Shown: in pieces, positions 63,573-64,000 of the stretch
Layout: each line of letters opens with the position of its first letter
Position numbering within the stretch: the stretch's first letter is position 1
NCBI GenBank assembly: GCA_035524255.1
Contig: DATKPG010000012.1
Span: 95,163 to 159,162 of the forward strand
Length of the DNA stretch: 64,000 bases
Direction: 5' to 3'
DNA from: Smithella sp.
Lineage (GTDB): Bacteria > Desulfobacterota > Syntrophia > Syntrophales > Smithellaceae
Translations under genes and position numbers: made by a program
The notes under the pieces: generated by a model
What the model was told of the DNA's origin: nothing
The model's input: only the letters and a program-made list of their open reading frames with translations
Databases searched by the model: none

Positions 63573-63800
63573 TTACTTGACGGGATCGTAACCGCCGGGA
63601 TGCAGGGGATGGCAGCGAAGAATTCTTTTGATGCCCAGGAAGGATCCTTTTACCGGTCCATGCGTTTTAATTGCCTCGATAGCGTACTCAGAGCACGAAG
63701 GATAAAAACGGCAGCATGGAGCAAAAAAGAAAGGTGACAAACAAGTTTGATATAAACGAACCATTAAAACAAAAAGTTTTGTCAAAATATTCCTGAGCAT
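63573..63800 (-). CDS. yidD: Membrane protein insertion efficiency factor YidD
   Basis: Motif [19 protein letters not shown]. 75 aa. Confidence 0.9.
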   Translation of the reverse strand: MLRNILTKLFVLMVRLYQTCLSPFFFAPCCRFYPSCSEYAIEAIKTHGPVKGSFLGIKRILRCHPLHPGGYDPVK

Positions 63801-63803
63801 AAA

Positions 63804-64000
63804 TTATATGTTGTTATTTCGCGTGAAGAGTTCCGTCAATTCGCTGCATGCTTCTTGATAAGTAAGTCGGGGCGGCATATTTCTTTTAGCCATGATCACA
63901 ACATCATGCCCGGCGGGAAACAAGCTCTTATTGAGACGAAAAAATTCTCTGATTAATCGTTTGATTCTGTTTCTTCTTACCGCGTTTCCCGTTTTTTTAG
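63804..64000 (-). CDS. rnpA: RNase P protein component, C-terminal part (5' end outside the window)
   Basis: My own minus-strand translation from the window edge is [40 protein letters not shown]...TRNNNI*. This contains the RnpA RNR motif. The stop is at 63806-63804. Confidence 0.85.
   Translation of the reverse strand, partial: KKTGNAVRRNRIKRLIREFFRLNKSLFPAGHDVVIMAKRNMPPRLTYQEACSELTELFTRNNNI

Noticed and set aside
1-64000. A scan for CRISPR arrays, rRNA and tRNA genes, IS elements, integrases, and phage or conjugation genes.
   Set aside because: No regularly spaced direct repeats, no tRNA-like cloverleaf candidates in any intergenic gap over 70 nt, and no transposase, integrase or recombinase motifs were seen in the translations.

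Overview
This is a densely coding 64-kb chromosomal window of about 65 protein genes. The gene content looks like an anaerobic or microaerotolerant bacterium of the Desulfobacterota kind, but taxonomy cannot be fixed from this sequence. All family calls come from motif recognition in the supplied translations and my own reading of the intergenic DNA; nothing was searched or computed. I saw no rRNA, tRNA, CRISPR array, transposase, integrase or prophage genes.

Gene order, left to right:
- uvrB 3' end, then fbp, a class II aldolase and a Zn-ADH
- ygiQ, an MBL hydrolase, and copZ-copA
- a MoxR / VWA / acyl-CoA-dehydrogenase-like operon
- a secreted pair that includes a pepsin-like lipoprotein
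- a flavin-reductase-rubredoxin fusion
- a 12.6-kb lipid-type locus (16.7-29.3 kb)
- a PfkB kinase with an MtaD-like deaminase
- cydAB with a divergent Zn-ribbon membrane protein
- a UbiA-family prenyltransferase and an OYE reductase
- a TPR protein, then a TPP riboswitch with thiM-thiE
- FIST and PAS-GGDEF signalling genes
- a decay scar: an ABC-F remnant, an Fe-S protein gene, and a frameshifted/truncated ADP-forming acyl-CoA synthetase
- a SET-domain methyltransferase
- a complete shikimate/Phe/Tyr operon that continues into a sirtuin, followed by NRDE and HDAC genes
- mnmE-jag-yidC-yidD-rnpA at the right edge, an arrangement usually close to dnaA/oriC

The best candidate for an undescribed system is the lipid locus. 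It has two private ACPs, two active ketosynthases, four hot-dog enzymes, three radical SAM enzymes (one B12-type plus a paralogous pair), no enoyl reductase, and plsY as its last gene.

The second-best observation is an unannotated 32-codon leader peptide rich in Tyr/Trp/Phe. It is followed by a four-segment attenuator in front of the aromatic amino-acid operon.
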